64,000 nucleotides of DNA from positions 128,001-192,000 of the forward strand of contig CBDEGZ010000003.1 in NCBI GenBank assembly GCA_965238175.1. The letters are read 5' to 3'. Of the stretch, positions 1-9,778 are shown piece after piece. The notes beneath the pieces are model-generated. The model was not told the origin of the DNA, did not search any database, and worked only from the letters and a program-made list of their open reading frames with translations. The stretch comes from Gammaproteobacteria bacterium (GTDB lineage Bacteria > Pseudomonadota > Gammaproteobacteria > CAJXQU01). The number at the start of each line of letters is the position of its first letter. Positions within the stretch are counted from its first letter, which is position 1. The translations under genes and the position numbers were made by a program.

Positions 1-90
1 AACTGTGTAAATAATCTAAGTTCGGGATAAGGAAAGACAATGATTCCTTATGATTCAATAGATTCTCTGGTTATTACTGGGTTCTAGTCA

Positions 91-271
91 GAAAATACTA
101 ATGGGTTATTTTGTCAGTATTTCCCCAAAAAAACCTGCCTTAAAAAATATTCATAAGAACAGCTCAATATCGTATCAAAGCAGTTGAATAACTGGCCAAG
201 GAAAGTACTTGGTTATAACTCACCAGAAAAGACTATTTTATATGATGTTGCGTTGACAGGTTGAATCTACA
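91..271 (+). pseudogene. IS30-family transposase C-terminal remnant with right end
   Basis: Translates as ENTNGLFCQYFPKKTCLKKYS*EQLNIVSKQLNNWPRKVLGYNSPEK, matching the IS30 ENTNGLxRQYFPK...LNxRPRKxLG motif with an internal stop. Ends in GTTGCGTTGACAGGTTGAATCTACA, which resembles the IS30 inverted repeat. Confidence 0.75.
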
Positions 272-295
272 CTCGTCAATATTATCTTCATAAAC

Positions 296-1521
296 TGTAG
301 AAGTTTAGACCCAATCTGACACATCACTAAATCAAGCGGAGCGTAGCGACGCTTGATTTAGTGAGAGTTACCCGCTTTGATGTAACTGCAACGTAAACAT
401 CAAAACACAAAGAGGTAACTCTCATGATTCATACTAATGACAAAGTTATAAAACATAAAGTTGGTCTACTCAATCTCGCTGAAGAACTCGGCAATGTCTC
501 AAAAGCCTGCAAGATGATGGGTTTGTCCAGAGATACATTTTATCGCTACAAAGAAGCGGCTGATGAAGGCGGTGTAGAAGCCTTGTTTGATCGTAATCGG
601 CGTACCCCAAATCTTAAAAACAGAATCGACCCGGCTATTGAAACCGTTGTGCTCGAGTATGCACTGGAAGAGCCCGCACATGGTCAAACGCGCACCAGTA
701 ACGAGCTGCGCAAACGGGGAACATTTGTCTCACCCAGTGGCGTTCGTTGTATCTGGCTTCGTCATGGTCTTGCTTGCTTTAAAGATCGCCTGAAGGCATT
801 GTCTGATAAGGTAGCTGGTGAAGGCTTGATCCTCACTGAGTCTCAAGTCGCGGCGATGGAACGCAAGAAAGACGACGATGAGGCTTGTGGCGAGATAGAG
901 ACGGCACACCCTGGTTATCTTGGCTCGCAAGATACTTACTATGTCGGTACTTTCAAAGGCATTGGTCGGGTTTATCAACAAACGTTTGTTGATACTTACA
1001 GCAAGGTCGCTCACGCGAAACTGTACCCGACTAAAACACCGATTACGGCAGCTGACATGCTCAATGACCGCGTCCTCCCATTCTACGAACAACAACGTTT
1101 GCCTATGTTGCGCATTTTGACAGATAGAGGGACGGAGTATTGTGGGCGAGCTGACCAGCATGATTATCAGCTTTATATGGCGTTGAACAATATCGAACAC
1201 ACCAAAACCAAGGTCAAATCACCTCAGACGAATGGTATTTGTGAGCGATTCCATAAGACGATCCTCAATGAGTTTTATCAAGTCGCTTTGCGTAAGAAAA
1301 TTTACCAATCGATTGATGAACTGCAACTCGACCTTGACGAATGGTTGCTCAAATACAATACTCAACGAACTCACCAAGGCAAAATGTGCTGCGGGAGGAC
1401 GCCGATGGAAACACTCATCGACGGACAAGCTATCTGGAAGGAAAAGTTTGTGAATTAAACTTAACCTGACAGTCGGTTACTGATAATTGGGTAACTGTCA
1501 GATCAAATCTGAATTTCTACA
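296..1521 (+). mobile_element. IS481-family insertion sequence, copy 1 (1226 bp)
   Basis: TGTAGAA...TTCTACA imperfect terminal inverted repeats around one transposase. Near-identical to 20562-21787. The flanks (CATAAAC / GGTTAAT) do not form a target duplication. Confidence 0.93.
424..1458 (+). CDS. IS481-family DDE transposase
   Basis: N-terminal HTH (LAEELGNVSKACKMMGLSRDTFYRYK) and rve core (SQDT, LTDRGTEY, PQTNGICERFHKT). Confidence 0.95.
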   Translation: MIHTNDKVIKHKVGLLNLAEELGNVSKACKMMGLSRDTFYRYKEAADEGGVEALFDRNRRTPNLKNRIDPAIETVVLEYALEEPAHGQTRTSNELRKRGTFVSPSGVRCIWLRHGLACFKDRLKALSDKVAGEGLILTESQVAAMERKKDDDEACGEIETAHPGYLGSQDTYYVGTFKGIGRVYQQTFVDTYSKVAHAKLYPTKTPITAADMLNDRVLPFYEQQRLPMLRILTDRGTEYCGRADQHDYQLYMALNNIEHTKTKVKSPQTNGICERFHKTILNEFYQVALRKKIYQSIDELQLDLDEWLLKYNTQRTHQGKMCCGRTPMETLIDGQAIWKEKFVN

Positions 1522-1627
1522 GGTTAATTTATAGCACGCTTTCCATTTACGATAAAAATGACCCGCTATAACTGCCGTTAGTCTTTTTCAAATTGTGTAC
1601 TTATAAGATCCGAAACTGCCACAATTT

Positions 1628-2818
1628 ATGATGTCTGTTTACTCTCCTTTAACTTATAACTCGTTTAAACTAAAAAGTATGGATAAAAATTACAATTATC
1701 GAGAACGTAAAGTTGAGTTAGATAGAGAGAAACAATTCCGTCTGGGAGAGGGAAAGATCAGTGGTTATAGTTCTATTTTTCTAGGCGCATTAAGCTTGCT
1801 TGGGGTGCTTGCTTATTTGTTTCCTGCCTATCTTACTACGATTGAATTGCGTCAAACCTATGATGCTGTTTTTCTACAAAAGGTACTCAAGTACGGAATG
1901 TACTTTTCGTTATTTTTTGGCGTACTGACTCTGATCCTGAATAGATATAAGCTACTCGGTATTACAGGTATCACCCTTACGTTGATCGCCTTTGCCTTAG
2001 GCGGTTACAAAATTCCAGTTGATCATGTAGAACCCTTGCGACTCTCTTTGGGGTTAGATTGGTTGATTCTTGCTTTTTTAGGTTCAGCTTTTATTTTTAT
2101 GTCGTTAGAGAAGTTATTCCCAAAATATAAAGATCAGGTGATCCTTCGTCATGAATGGGGGTTGGATTTATTTTATTTTTGTTTTAACCATCTGATGATA
2201 TCGGCAATTCTGATTTATGCGAATTATCATGTAAGTCATTTTGATTGGGTGGTGAGCGCATCTGTGCAATCTGCAATTCAATCAACTCCCGTTTTTCTAC
2301 AGGTGATAATAATCTTAGCGGCAGACTTTGTGCTTTACTGGGAACATCGTTTATACCACATGACCCCGGTTTTATGGCCAATACATGCTGTTCATCATTC
2401 GGTAAAAAATTTAGATTGGCTGGCGGGTTCAAGAGGACATTTTTTTCAGGTGTTTACTGAACGAGCAATGGTAATGTTGCCTTTATATTTACTCGGTGCA
2501 GATAAAGCGGCCTTAAATATTTACGTTACTTTCGCCGCGTTACAAGCTGTTTTGATCCATAGTAATCTTGGAATTCCATTTGGTTTTTTAAAATATATCT
2601 TTGTTACACCACAATTTCATCATTGGCATCACAGCTCAGAAAAACCGGCGATCGACACTAATTTTTCAGCTCACACAGTAATATTTGATCGATTATTTAA
2701 AACTTATCATATGCCTAATGAGCATTGGCCAGCGCACTATGGAGTGAATGATAAAATGCCAGGCAGTTATTTAGGCCAGTTAATTTATCCACTCTCTAAC
2801 TTTTTCAAGCGAAATTAG
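1628..2818 (+). CDS. Sterol desaturase / fatty acid hydroxylase family membrane protein
   Basis: Histidine boxes YWEHRLYH, IHAVHHS, IHSN, FHHWHH and multiple TM segments. The start may be at 1679. Confidence 0.85.
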   Translation: MMSVYSPLTYNSFKLKSMDKNYNYRERKVELDREKQFRLGEGKISGYSSIFLGALSLLGVLAYLFPAYLTTIELRQTYDAVFLQKVLKYGMYFSLFFGVLTLILNRYKLLGITGITLTLIAFALGGYKIPVDHVEPLRLSLGLDWLILAFLGSAFIFMSLEKLFPKYKDQVILRHEWGLDLFYFCFNHLMISAILIYANYHVSHFDWVVSASVQSAIQSTPVFLQVIIILAADFVLYWEHRLYHMTPVLWPIHAVHHSVKNLDWLAGSRGHFFQVFTERAMVMLPLYLLGADKAALNIYVTFAALQAVLIHSNLGIPFGFLKYIFVTPQFHHWHHSSEKPAIDTNFSAHTVIFDRLFKTYHMPNEHWPAHYGVNDKMPGSYLGQLIYPLSNFFKRN

Positions 2819-2941
2819 TCGATTAGGTTAGTTGAAAACAAGTAGACATTTATATTCACCCATTGAGTGATACGCATTGCTCAATCAAGTGCGCTACTTT
2901 TCATAAAAACACATGTTTTTTTAACCTTTAAGGTTTATAAA

Positions 2942-3385
2942 TTAATACCTGAATCGTCTTAACCTACCCTTGCTCCTAAACCCAGCCATAATCCCTTCGA
3001 CTTTTATTTTGATCAGTTCAAGTTCTTTCACTTCATATTTGATTGCATTACCGAATCCCCAGATCGGTGCTGGCCATGCGGGATCCTTTTTGTATCGAAC
3101 GACATGATGGATATGTAATTGCGGAACAACATTCCCAAGTGACGCGATGTTCATTTTGTCTGCGGAAAAAACATCAGCCATTTTCTTTGACAAGTAGGTC
3201 GACTCTTTTGCAAGCTGAATTTGATCTAGCTCGTTTAGTTGAAAAATTTCGGTGAGTTTGTCTCTCTGTGGCACCAGAATGACCCAGGAATAGCGGCTGT
3301 CATTCATTAGTAATAAACGACAGAGATCAAATTCACCTAGATCGAAACAGTCGGCAGCGAGTTGTGAATGAAGTTTAAATGCCAT
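2942..3385 (-). CDS. HIT family protein
   Basis: GNVVPQLHIHHVVRY HIT motif and FKLHSQLAAD N-terminus. Confidence 0.9.
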   Translation of the reverse strand: MAFKLHSQLAADCFDLGEFDLCRLLLMNDSRYSWVILVPQRDKLTEIFQLNELDQIQLAKESTYLSKKMADVFSADKMNIASLGNVVPQLHIHHVVRYKKDPAWPAPIWGFGNAIKYEVKELELIKIKVEGIMAGFRSKGRLRRFRY

Positions 3386-3393
3386 ATTTACAT

Positions 3394-3530
3394 TATACCC
3401 CCGTGATACTTGGAAATGCGTGTTTTAGACGACTCCAGGGTGGAGTCGTGCTCACGCCCTTACCTAAACGCTGCCATGGATGCGCAAGAGCGGTCTATAA
3501 AGAGGCATTTCCAAATATCATGGGGAGATA
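3394..3530. mobile_element. Short ERIC-like MITE / inverted-repeat element (~137 bp)
   Basis: CCCCGTGATACTTGGAAATGC and GCATTTCCAAATATCATGGGG are 19/21 inverted repeats. There is an internal hairpin ACGACTCC-AGGGT-GGAGTCGT. The left end resembles the termini of the element at 43129. Confidence 0.55.
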
Positions 3531-3619
3531 CCTTCTGACTATAAAGGATGGATGGTTTTAAGCGAACAGCAATGTCATAATTCTGCTTATAACAAAAAAG
3601 TAGTAATTAAGGAGATTGT

Positions 3620-4018
3620 TTGATGAGTGATATACCTGAAGATTTACGATATTCAGAAAGTCATCAATGGTTGTGTTTGCAGGAAGATGGTTCTGTTCGC
3701 GTTGGCATTACGGATTATGCTCAATCAGCTTTGGGAGATTTGGTATTTGTTGAATTACCAGAATTGGGAGCAACCTACGCCGCAGAGTCAGAGTGTGCGC
3801 TAGTGGAATCGGTCAAGTCGGCATCTGATCTGGTTAGCCCTGTTTCTGGTGAAATTACAGAAGTGAATGAAGAATTAGGTGACACCCCAGAAATGATTAA
3901 TTCGGTTCCTTACGATGCAGGTTGGATTTTTGCGATTATGCCTGAAGATGAAAATGAGTTAGATGCCTTGATGGACGCGGATGGTTATCGATCATTTGTA
4001 GAATCAATCGAAGAGTAA
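3620..4018 (+). CDS. gcvH: Glycine cleavage system H protein
   Basis: VRVGITDYAQSALGDLVFVELP and lipoyl motif VESVKSAS. AAGGAG RBS upstream. Confidence 0.93.
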   Translation: MMSDIPEDLRYSESHQWLCLQEDGSVRVGITDYAQSALGDLVFVELPELGATYAAESECALVESVKSASDLVSPVSGEITEVNEELGDTPEMINSVPYDAGWIFAIMPEDENELDALMDADGYRSFVESIEE

Positions 4019-4036
4019 TTCAGGGAACACGTTGAA

Positions 4037-6211
4037 ATGGATGTCTCGCATATTCTTGACCCCTTAAATGATGCCCAGCGCGAAGCAGTTGCAGCCGATG
4101 CTGGCAATATTTTGGTTCTTGCTGGGGCTGGAAGTGGGAAAACGCGCGTACTGATCCACCGTATCGCCTGGTATATACAAACGGGACAAGGCACTGCTGG
4201 GAATATTCTAGCGGTGACGTTTACCAATAAAGCCGCGGGTGAAATGCGTGGTCGTTTAGAGAAAATCCTCGGGCATTCTGTGGGTGCAATGTGGGTGGGC
4301 ACGTTTCATGGAATTGCCCACCGTGTCTTAAGAGCGCATTGGCGAGATGCAAATCTCGATCAGAACTTTCAGATCATGGACAGTGATGATCAGTATCGTA
4401 TGATCCGTCGGTTAATGCGCAGTATGGAAATTGATGAGTCAAAATGGCCCCCGCGTGAGGTTCAATGGTTCATCAATGGTAGCAAAGATGAAGGTCTGCG
4501 ACCGCAGCATTTAGATAGCGGTGGTGATTTCCACCAAGAACAGATGATCCATATATATCGAGCTTACGAAGAGGTTTGTACTCGATCTGGTTTGGTGGAT
4601 TTTGCTGAGCTATTACTCCGTACCTTTGAAATATTCCGCGACAACGAAACTCTTCGGCGACATTATCAAGAACGATTCCGTCATGTGTTGGTGGATGAAT
4701 TTCAGGATACAAATACGATTCAGTATAGCTGGCTAAAATTATTGGTCGGCAACCAAAACAGTATGTTTGTTGTCGGCGATGATGATCAATCTATCTACAG
4801 TTGGCGTGGCGCGCAGATCGAAAACATGCAGCGTTTTCAGAGCGAATTTACAGACACGACCCTGGTGAGGTTGGAACAAAACTATCGATCGACTGCGACT
4901 ATTCTTGCTGCATCGAATGCCTTGATCGGAAACAATACTGGGCGAATAGGAAAAGAGCTTTGGACGGAGGGTGACGAAGGCGATCCAATTCCAATTTACA
5001 CAGCCTACAACGAGCAAGAAGAAGCGCGCTATATTATTGAACAAGTGATGGACTGGCAGCGACAGGGACACCGTTACGATCAATCTGCAGTGTTGTATAG
5101 AACCAGTGCCCAATCACGGGTTTTTGAGGATCATTTAAGACGTAATGGAATACCTTACCGGGTTCATGGCGGCTTCCGCTTTTATGAAAGAGCCGAAGTT
5201 AAAGATGCGCTGGCTTACATGCGACTGGCGGCATTTCGAAATGATGACACCGCATTTGAACGGATCATAAATACACCGACACGCGGGATAGGCAATCGCA
5301 GCGTTGAAACAGTTCGCGAACAAGCGCGTCGTGAGAACACCTCTTTATGGCAAGCAATGGCGGATATTGTTCTGCATAAAACCATGAGCGGTCGTGCGAT
5401 AAATGCGTTTAGTGGTTTTATAAACCTGATCGAAGCAATGGCACAAGAGATCGAAGGCCAAGACTTAGACTACAATCTACATGAAGTTCTCGATAACGTA
5501 ATCAAAATGAGTGGTTTGATTGCGCACTATAAAAAGGACACGTCGGGTAAAGCCGAAGATCGGATCGAAAATCTGGAAGAACTCGTCACAGCGGCACAAG
5601 AGTTTGAAGCGCCACAAACCGATGATGACGAACCGCAACTTGATCCATTATCAGAATTTCTAGCGCATGCTGCGCTTGAAGCCGGTGAAGGACAAGCCGA
5701 TGTTTATGAAGACAGCTTGCAGCTGATGACATTGCATGCGGCGAAAGGATTGGAATATCCATTGATCTTTCTGACCGGAATGGAAGAAGGTTTATTTCCG
5801 CATCAGCGAAGCCGACAAGACATTAGTCAGCTCGAAGAAGAACGTCGACTTTGTTATGTTGGTATGACACGGGCAATGGAAAAGTTGGTACTCACTCATG
5901 CAGAAGTTAGACGATTACATGGGCAAGAAACCTATCCGCAACCATCACGATTTATTCGTGAAATTCCCGGTGAATTAATTTCATCAGTTCGATTTGGAAA
6001 TAATGAGTCTCCAGAAACTTCAGACTTTTTTGATGAAGAACCACACGAAGATGGCCTGGGCCTTGGACGTCGTGTTTATCATGATACATTCGGAGAAGGT
6101 GTGATCTTAAATCTGGAAGGCCAGGGTAGTCACACGCGAGTACAAGTGAATTTTGAACAAACAGGACCAAAATGGTTGGTCGCGGCTTACGCCAATTTGC
6201 AAACGGTTTAG
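4037..6211 (+). CDS. uvrD: DNA helicase II
   Basis: AGAGSGKT, DEFQDTN, MTLHAAKGLE, EEERRLCYVGMTRA and C-terminal Tudor-like tail. Confidence 0.95.
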   Translation: MDVSHILDPLNDAQREAVAADAGNILVLAGAGSGKTRVLIHRIAWYIQTGQGTAGNILAVTFTNKAAGEMRGRLEKILGHSVGAMWVGTFHGIAHRVLRAHWRDANLDQNFQIMDSDDQYRMIRRLMRSMEIDESKWPPREVQWFINGSKDEGLRPQHLDSGGDFHQEQMIHIYRAYEEVCTRSGLVDFAELLLRTFEIFRDNETLRRHYQERFRHVLVDEFQDTNTIQYSWLKLLVGNQNSMFVVGDDDQSIYSWRGAQIENMQRFQSEFTDTTLVRLEQNYRSTATILAASNALIGNNTGRIGKELWTEGDEGDPIPIYTAYNEQEEARYIIEQVMDWQRQGHRYDQSAVLYRTSAQSRVFEDHLRRNGIPYRVHGGFRFYERAEVKDALAYMRLAAFRNDDTAFERIINTPTRGIGNRSVETVREQARRENTSLWQAMADIVLHKTMSGRAINAFSGFINLIEAMAQEIEGQDLDYNLHEVLDNVIKMSGLIAHYKKDTSGKAEDRIENLEELVTAAQEFEAPQTDDDEPQLDPLSEFLAHAALEAGEGQADVYEDSLQLMTLHAAKGLEYPLIFLTGMEEGLFPHQRSRQDISQLEEERRLCYVGMTRAMEKLVLTHAEVRRLHGQETYPQPSRFIREIPGELISSVRFGNNESPETSDFFDEEPHEDGLGLGRRVYHDTFGEGVILNLEGQGSHTRVQVNFEQTGPKWLVAAYANLQTV

Positions 6212-6258
6212 AAGCAATCTAAACGCAATTCATTTAAGAGTAATTCACTGAGAAAAAT

Positions 6259-7365
6259 ATGAACAAAAACAAACAAATTCTTTCGACATTCTTTATAACA
6301 TTTTTGACCCTGATAACAGGTTGTAGTGATCAAAAAGCGGCAAGTGTCGAAGTGACGAGTACTGAAACTACGAAAACTTATAAGTGGAAATTAGTGACCA
6401 CATGGCCGGCAAATTTTCCTGTTTTTCAAGAAGGCGTTGAGCGTTTTGCCGAAGATGTAAAAACCATGAGTAATGGCCGTTTGAATATTCAGGTTTTTGC
6501 TGGAGGACAATTGATCCCACCTCTCGGTGTGTTTGATGCCGTGACGCAAGGTAGTGCAGAAATGGGCCACGGTGCTGCATATTATTGGTCAGGCAAAATA
6601 CCTGCTGCACAGTTTATGACGACAGTTCCTTTTGGTATGACGGCCACCGGTGTGAATGCATGGATGTATGGGGGTGATGGACAGAAATTATGGGACGAGA
6701 TTTATGCACCATTTAATTTAAAAGCATTTCCAATGGCCAATACCAGTGCGCAAATGGGTGGTTGGTTTAATAAAAAAATCAATTCTACGGCGGACTTGAA
6801 AGGCTTGAAAATGCGTATCCCAGGTTTGGGTGGGAAGGTGTTATCGAAAGCTGGTGGTAACCCTGTTCTGATGGCCGGTGGAGAAATTTATACCGCGTTG
6901 GAACGCAACACGATCGATGCGACAGAATGGGTTGGGCCATATCATGATCTACGACTTGGTCTACAACGTGCAGCTAAATATTATTATTTTCCAGGTTGGC
7001 ATGAGCCGGGGCCTACTTTGGAATTATTAATCAATTTGGACGCATGGAATTCGCTTCCAGCTGATCTGCAAAAACTTATCGAGGTTTCAGCCGCAGCTAA
7101 TAATGTCTGGATGCATGCAGAGTTTGACGTACTCAACCAACAAGCTCTACAGGAACTAAAAGAGAAACATACGCATGTTGAAATTCTCGAATTTCCAAAA
7201 GAAGTGATGGGCGAGTTTAAACGCTTAACCAATGAGGTTTTGGAAGAACAATCTGCAAATGATCCAGTATTTAAAAAAGTTTATGAAAATTACAAGACCT
7301 TCCGTGAACAAAACGATGATTGGGATGCGCTTTCTGACGGTGCCTACCGAAATGCAACCAAATAA
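6259..7365 (+). CDS. TRAP transporter substrate-binding lipoprotein (DctP/TakP-like)
   Basis: WKLVTTWP, LKGLKMRIPGLGG, EWVGPYHD and lipobox ITGC. Confidence 0.9.
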   Translation: MNKNKQILSTFFITFLTLITGCSDQKAASVEVTSTETTKTYKWKLVTTWPANFPVFQEGVERFAEDVKTMSNGRLNIQVFAGGQLIPPLGVFDAVTQGSAEMGHGAAYYWSGKIPAAQFMTTVPFGMTATGVNAWMYGGDGQKLWDEIYAPFNLKAFPMANTSAQMGGWFNKKINSTADLKGLKMRIPGLGGKVLSKAGGNPVLMAGGEIYTALERNTIDATEWVGPYHDLRLGLQRAAKYYYFPGWHEPGPTLELLINLDAWNSLPADLQKLIEVSAAANNVWMHAEFDVLNQQALQELKEKHTHVEILEFPKEVMGEFKRLTNEVLEEQSANDPVFKKVYENYKTFREQNDDWDALSDGAYRNATK

Positions 7366-7494
7366 GGGTTAGTTGAATTGTTATTAAACTAGGAGCATGA
7401 TGTTTGTCGAGCCGTAAGAGCTCACAAAAATAAGCTGAAAATCAGCAAATAACTACAACTATAAATAATAATAAACCCGTGAGGAGGTTATGAT

Positions 7495-8019
7495 ATGAAA
7501 AGCCTAACAGCTTTATCTTTAAGTATCGGTGTACTTGGTGGTGCTGCAACATGGCTGGCACTTGGTCCACTGGCAGGAATAATTTTGATCTGGGCGGTCT
7601 TTGTAGCCTGGGCAACATTTTTTGCTGTTGGTGGCGATAATAACGCGTTGGTGAATACTATCGTTTGTGGAATCTTTGGTGCAATTTGTGCCTGGATCGC
7701 TGCATTTATCATCTTGAAAGTACCAATGGCAGAAAGTTTAGGTTTGCCTGTTTGGGCTTCCATTGTCGTTGCTATTACAGTGTTCGTTATGTGCTTGGCT
7801 GCTAATATTCCCGCTTTAGCAACGATTCCTGCCAGTGTATTAGGTTATGCGGGTACTTTTGCTTTCTTATTACAAACCCCCGATAAATTAAGTGTAGAAA
7901 ACTTAATGAGTTCAGTTCCAGCCAATAATGCTTTGATCACGATTGCAGCTTCACTGGTGATTGGCGCGATCTTTGGTATGGTTTCAGGCAAGCTTGCTGG
8001 AGCATTAACAAGTGATTAA
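7495..8019 (+). CDS. DUF1097 family membrane protein
   Basis: Hydrophobic protein with IWAVFVAWATFFAVGG and IPASVLGYA. GAGGAGG RBS. Confidence 0.75.
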   Translation: MKSLTALSLSIGVLGGAATWLALGPLAGIILIWAVFVAWATFFAVGGDNNALVNTIVCGIFGAICAWIAAFIILKVPMAESLGLPVWASIVVAITVFVMCLAANIPALATIPASVLGYAGTFAFLLQTPDKLSVENLMSSVPANNALITIAASLVIGAIFGMVSGKLAGALTSD

Positions 8020-8050
8020 TTCGATTTGATAATTAAGTCGTAATCACATC

Positions 8051-8084
8051 AAAAAAAACCCAGTTTTAAAGCTAGGTTTTTTTT
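8051..8084 (+). terminator. Rho-independent terminator
   Basis: A8-CCCAG...CTAGG-T8 hairpin after the DUF1097 gene. Confidence 0.6.
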
Positions 8085-8279
8085 GAGCAAAATTCCTACA
8101 AAAATGAGCTAAAAAAACCAAGATCTGTGATGTAACGATCAGAAAATTAAGCTTGCTCAGAATGAGATGGGCAAACGGATAATTCGTATTAATAGACATA
8201 CAATTTTGGTAGCGGAGGGAAAATTAAAATTCCTGATTAGTTTCAAATCTAATCAATCATCTTCGACATCAAATTTAGG

Positions 8280-9014
8280 ATGTTTCGTGATAAAGTTTCA
8301 TCTATGAAACTCAATAATAAAAAATTTATCCTTTGTACAATTTTATTAACACTTACCGCTTGCAGTCAGTCGGATGTCGAATATTTCCCATTGGCGGCGG
8401 GTAAAACCTGGCAATATCAGGTGGTAATGCACGATATGGATCTTGAAAAAAAGTACAAACAATTTTATACAAATCAGTCGCCAGTCGAGATCGACGGAAA
8501 TAAAATTTTTCCTAGAAAGGTCAACGATGGCACCCAATATTATTATGAACATTCTGATCAAGGTATTCGTCGAGTTGGTGCAAAAAGAAAGTTAGATATC
8601 AATACAACGCTAGAGAAACAAGATCATTTTGCGATCAAATTTCCAATAGAAATTGGCACCAGTTGGGAGCAAGAGTCGGTTACTGCAATACTTGAAGTGG
8701 TTATCGCACCATTTCGACGACACTATGCTCTGCATACACCGGTGAAAATGAAATACACCATAGACAGCCTCGAACAAAAAGTGAAGGTTGCGGCGGGCCA
8801 ATTTGAGAATTGTCTGAAAGTGGTTGGCCATGGTACGGCGCTGAGTGTGGAGGCAGAAAAGACCATTGGAACAGTCGATGTCACCGTCGAATCGTCTGAT
8901 TGGTATTGTCCAAATATCGGCTTGGTAAAGAGTCAACGCGAAGAACGAACCACGAGTACGGTGCTTGTGAAAGGTGATTTTTTAATGGAGTTAGAAAGCT
9001 TTTCAGAAGGTTAA
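8280..9014 (+). CDS. Hypothetical beta-rich lipoprotein
   Basis: Lipobox LTAC, EYFPLAAGKTWQY and VAAGQFENCLKV...WYCPNIGLVK patterns. The start is likely the second Met. Confidence 0.7.
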   Translation: MFRDKVSSMKLNNKKFILCTILLTLTACSQSDVEYFPLAAGKTWQYQVVMHDMDLEKKYKQFYTNQSPVEIDGNKIFPRKVNDGTQYYYEHSDQGIRRVGAKRKLDINTTLEKQDHFAIKFPIEIGTSWEQESVTAILEVVIAPFRRHYALHTPVKMKYTIDSLEQKVKVAAGQFENCLKVVGHGTALSVEAEKTIGTVDVTVESSDWYCPNIGLVKSQREERTTSTVLVKGDFLMELESFSEG

Positions 9015-9023
9015 ATCGTAGAC

Positions 9024-9227
9024 TTATCGATCAAACTTCAACTCACGGATTTTTCGTCGTTTTTCAGTATTCTCCAAAATTTTCCTACGTTGTTGATCAT
9101 TCACCATTCCCCAGGCGGTAATTTCTGATAATGATCGAAAACAACCCATACAAACATCGTTCTCATCAAGACAACAATTTTGTACACAAGGAGATTCAAC
9201 GGTTGGTATTTCAAGCTCCATGTGCAT
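9024..9227 (-). CDS. DUF1289 family Cys-rich small protein
   Basis: SPCVQNCCLD...CMGCFRSLSEITAW. Confidence 0.85.
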   Translation of the reverse strand: MHMELEIPTVESPCVQNCCLDENDVCMGCFRSLSEITAWGMVNDQQRRKILENTEKRRKIRELKFDR

Positions 9228-9269
9228 ATGTAAGCATTTTTGCTGGAAATGATCTATGCTTTATAGACG

Positions 9270-9719
9270 ATGGATGTTGAAACAAATCACAAACTTATCC
9301 ATAGATTAAAATCTGATATTGCAGGTTTTGAGGCCAGTTTGTTACTTGAAGAAACCAATCGGCAATATGCATTGCAGATCAACATTTTTAATCAAAATCG
9401 CAAGCTTATCGATGAAAAAGACATACTCGTTTATCTGACCGAGTTATTTAACTACTATCAGCGTCTCATCACTCCGCCGATTATTGCAGCACCACAGGTA
9501 GAGTTCGTTGATCGGTTTTCTGATCTGCAAATTAAGCGAAGTGCTCCCGGTATGGGGAAAATCAATGGTCGAACTCGATTAAAAATAATCGCATATAATC
9601 AAGCAAAGTCAGTCGGGCAGCTTTTTCGTCAACTCTATCTCAATGAAACATATGGTTTGTCTAACTATCCGCAAGGAGGTGATCTTAGTAAACTCGTCGG
9701 AAAATTATTCAAACTCTGA
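9270..9719 (+). CDS. Hypothetical protein
   Basis: 149-aa ORF filling the intergenic space, no recognised motif. Confidence 0.55.
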   Translation: MDVETNHKLIHRLKSDIAGFEASLLLEETNRQYALQINIFNQNRKLIDEKDILVYLTELFNYYQRLITPPIIAAPQVEFVDRFSDLQIKRSAPGMGKINGRTRLKIIAYNQAKSVGQLFRQLYLNETYGLSNYPQGGDLSKLVGKLFKL

Positions 9720-9778
9720 ACCACATCATTCGAAGTAACGTATAATCTTCTGCTTCAAAAATCGAACAAGATCTATTA

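Noticed and set aside
1-50. AACTGTGTAAAT resembling an IS256-family end
   Set aside because: Too short and truncated by the window edge, with no transposase sequence to support it.
499-1453. Short overlapping ORFs inside the IS481 copies, and similar antisense ORFs in housekeeping genes
   Set aside because: They are shadows of well-supported genes with no independent motifs.
3379-3619. Glycine riboswitch upstream of gcvH
   Set aside because: No GGAGA...CCGAAG / CTCTCAGG aptamer motifs. The structure present is explained by the inverted-repeat element.
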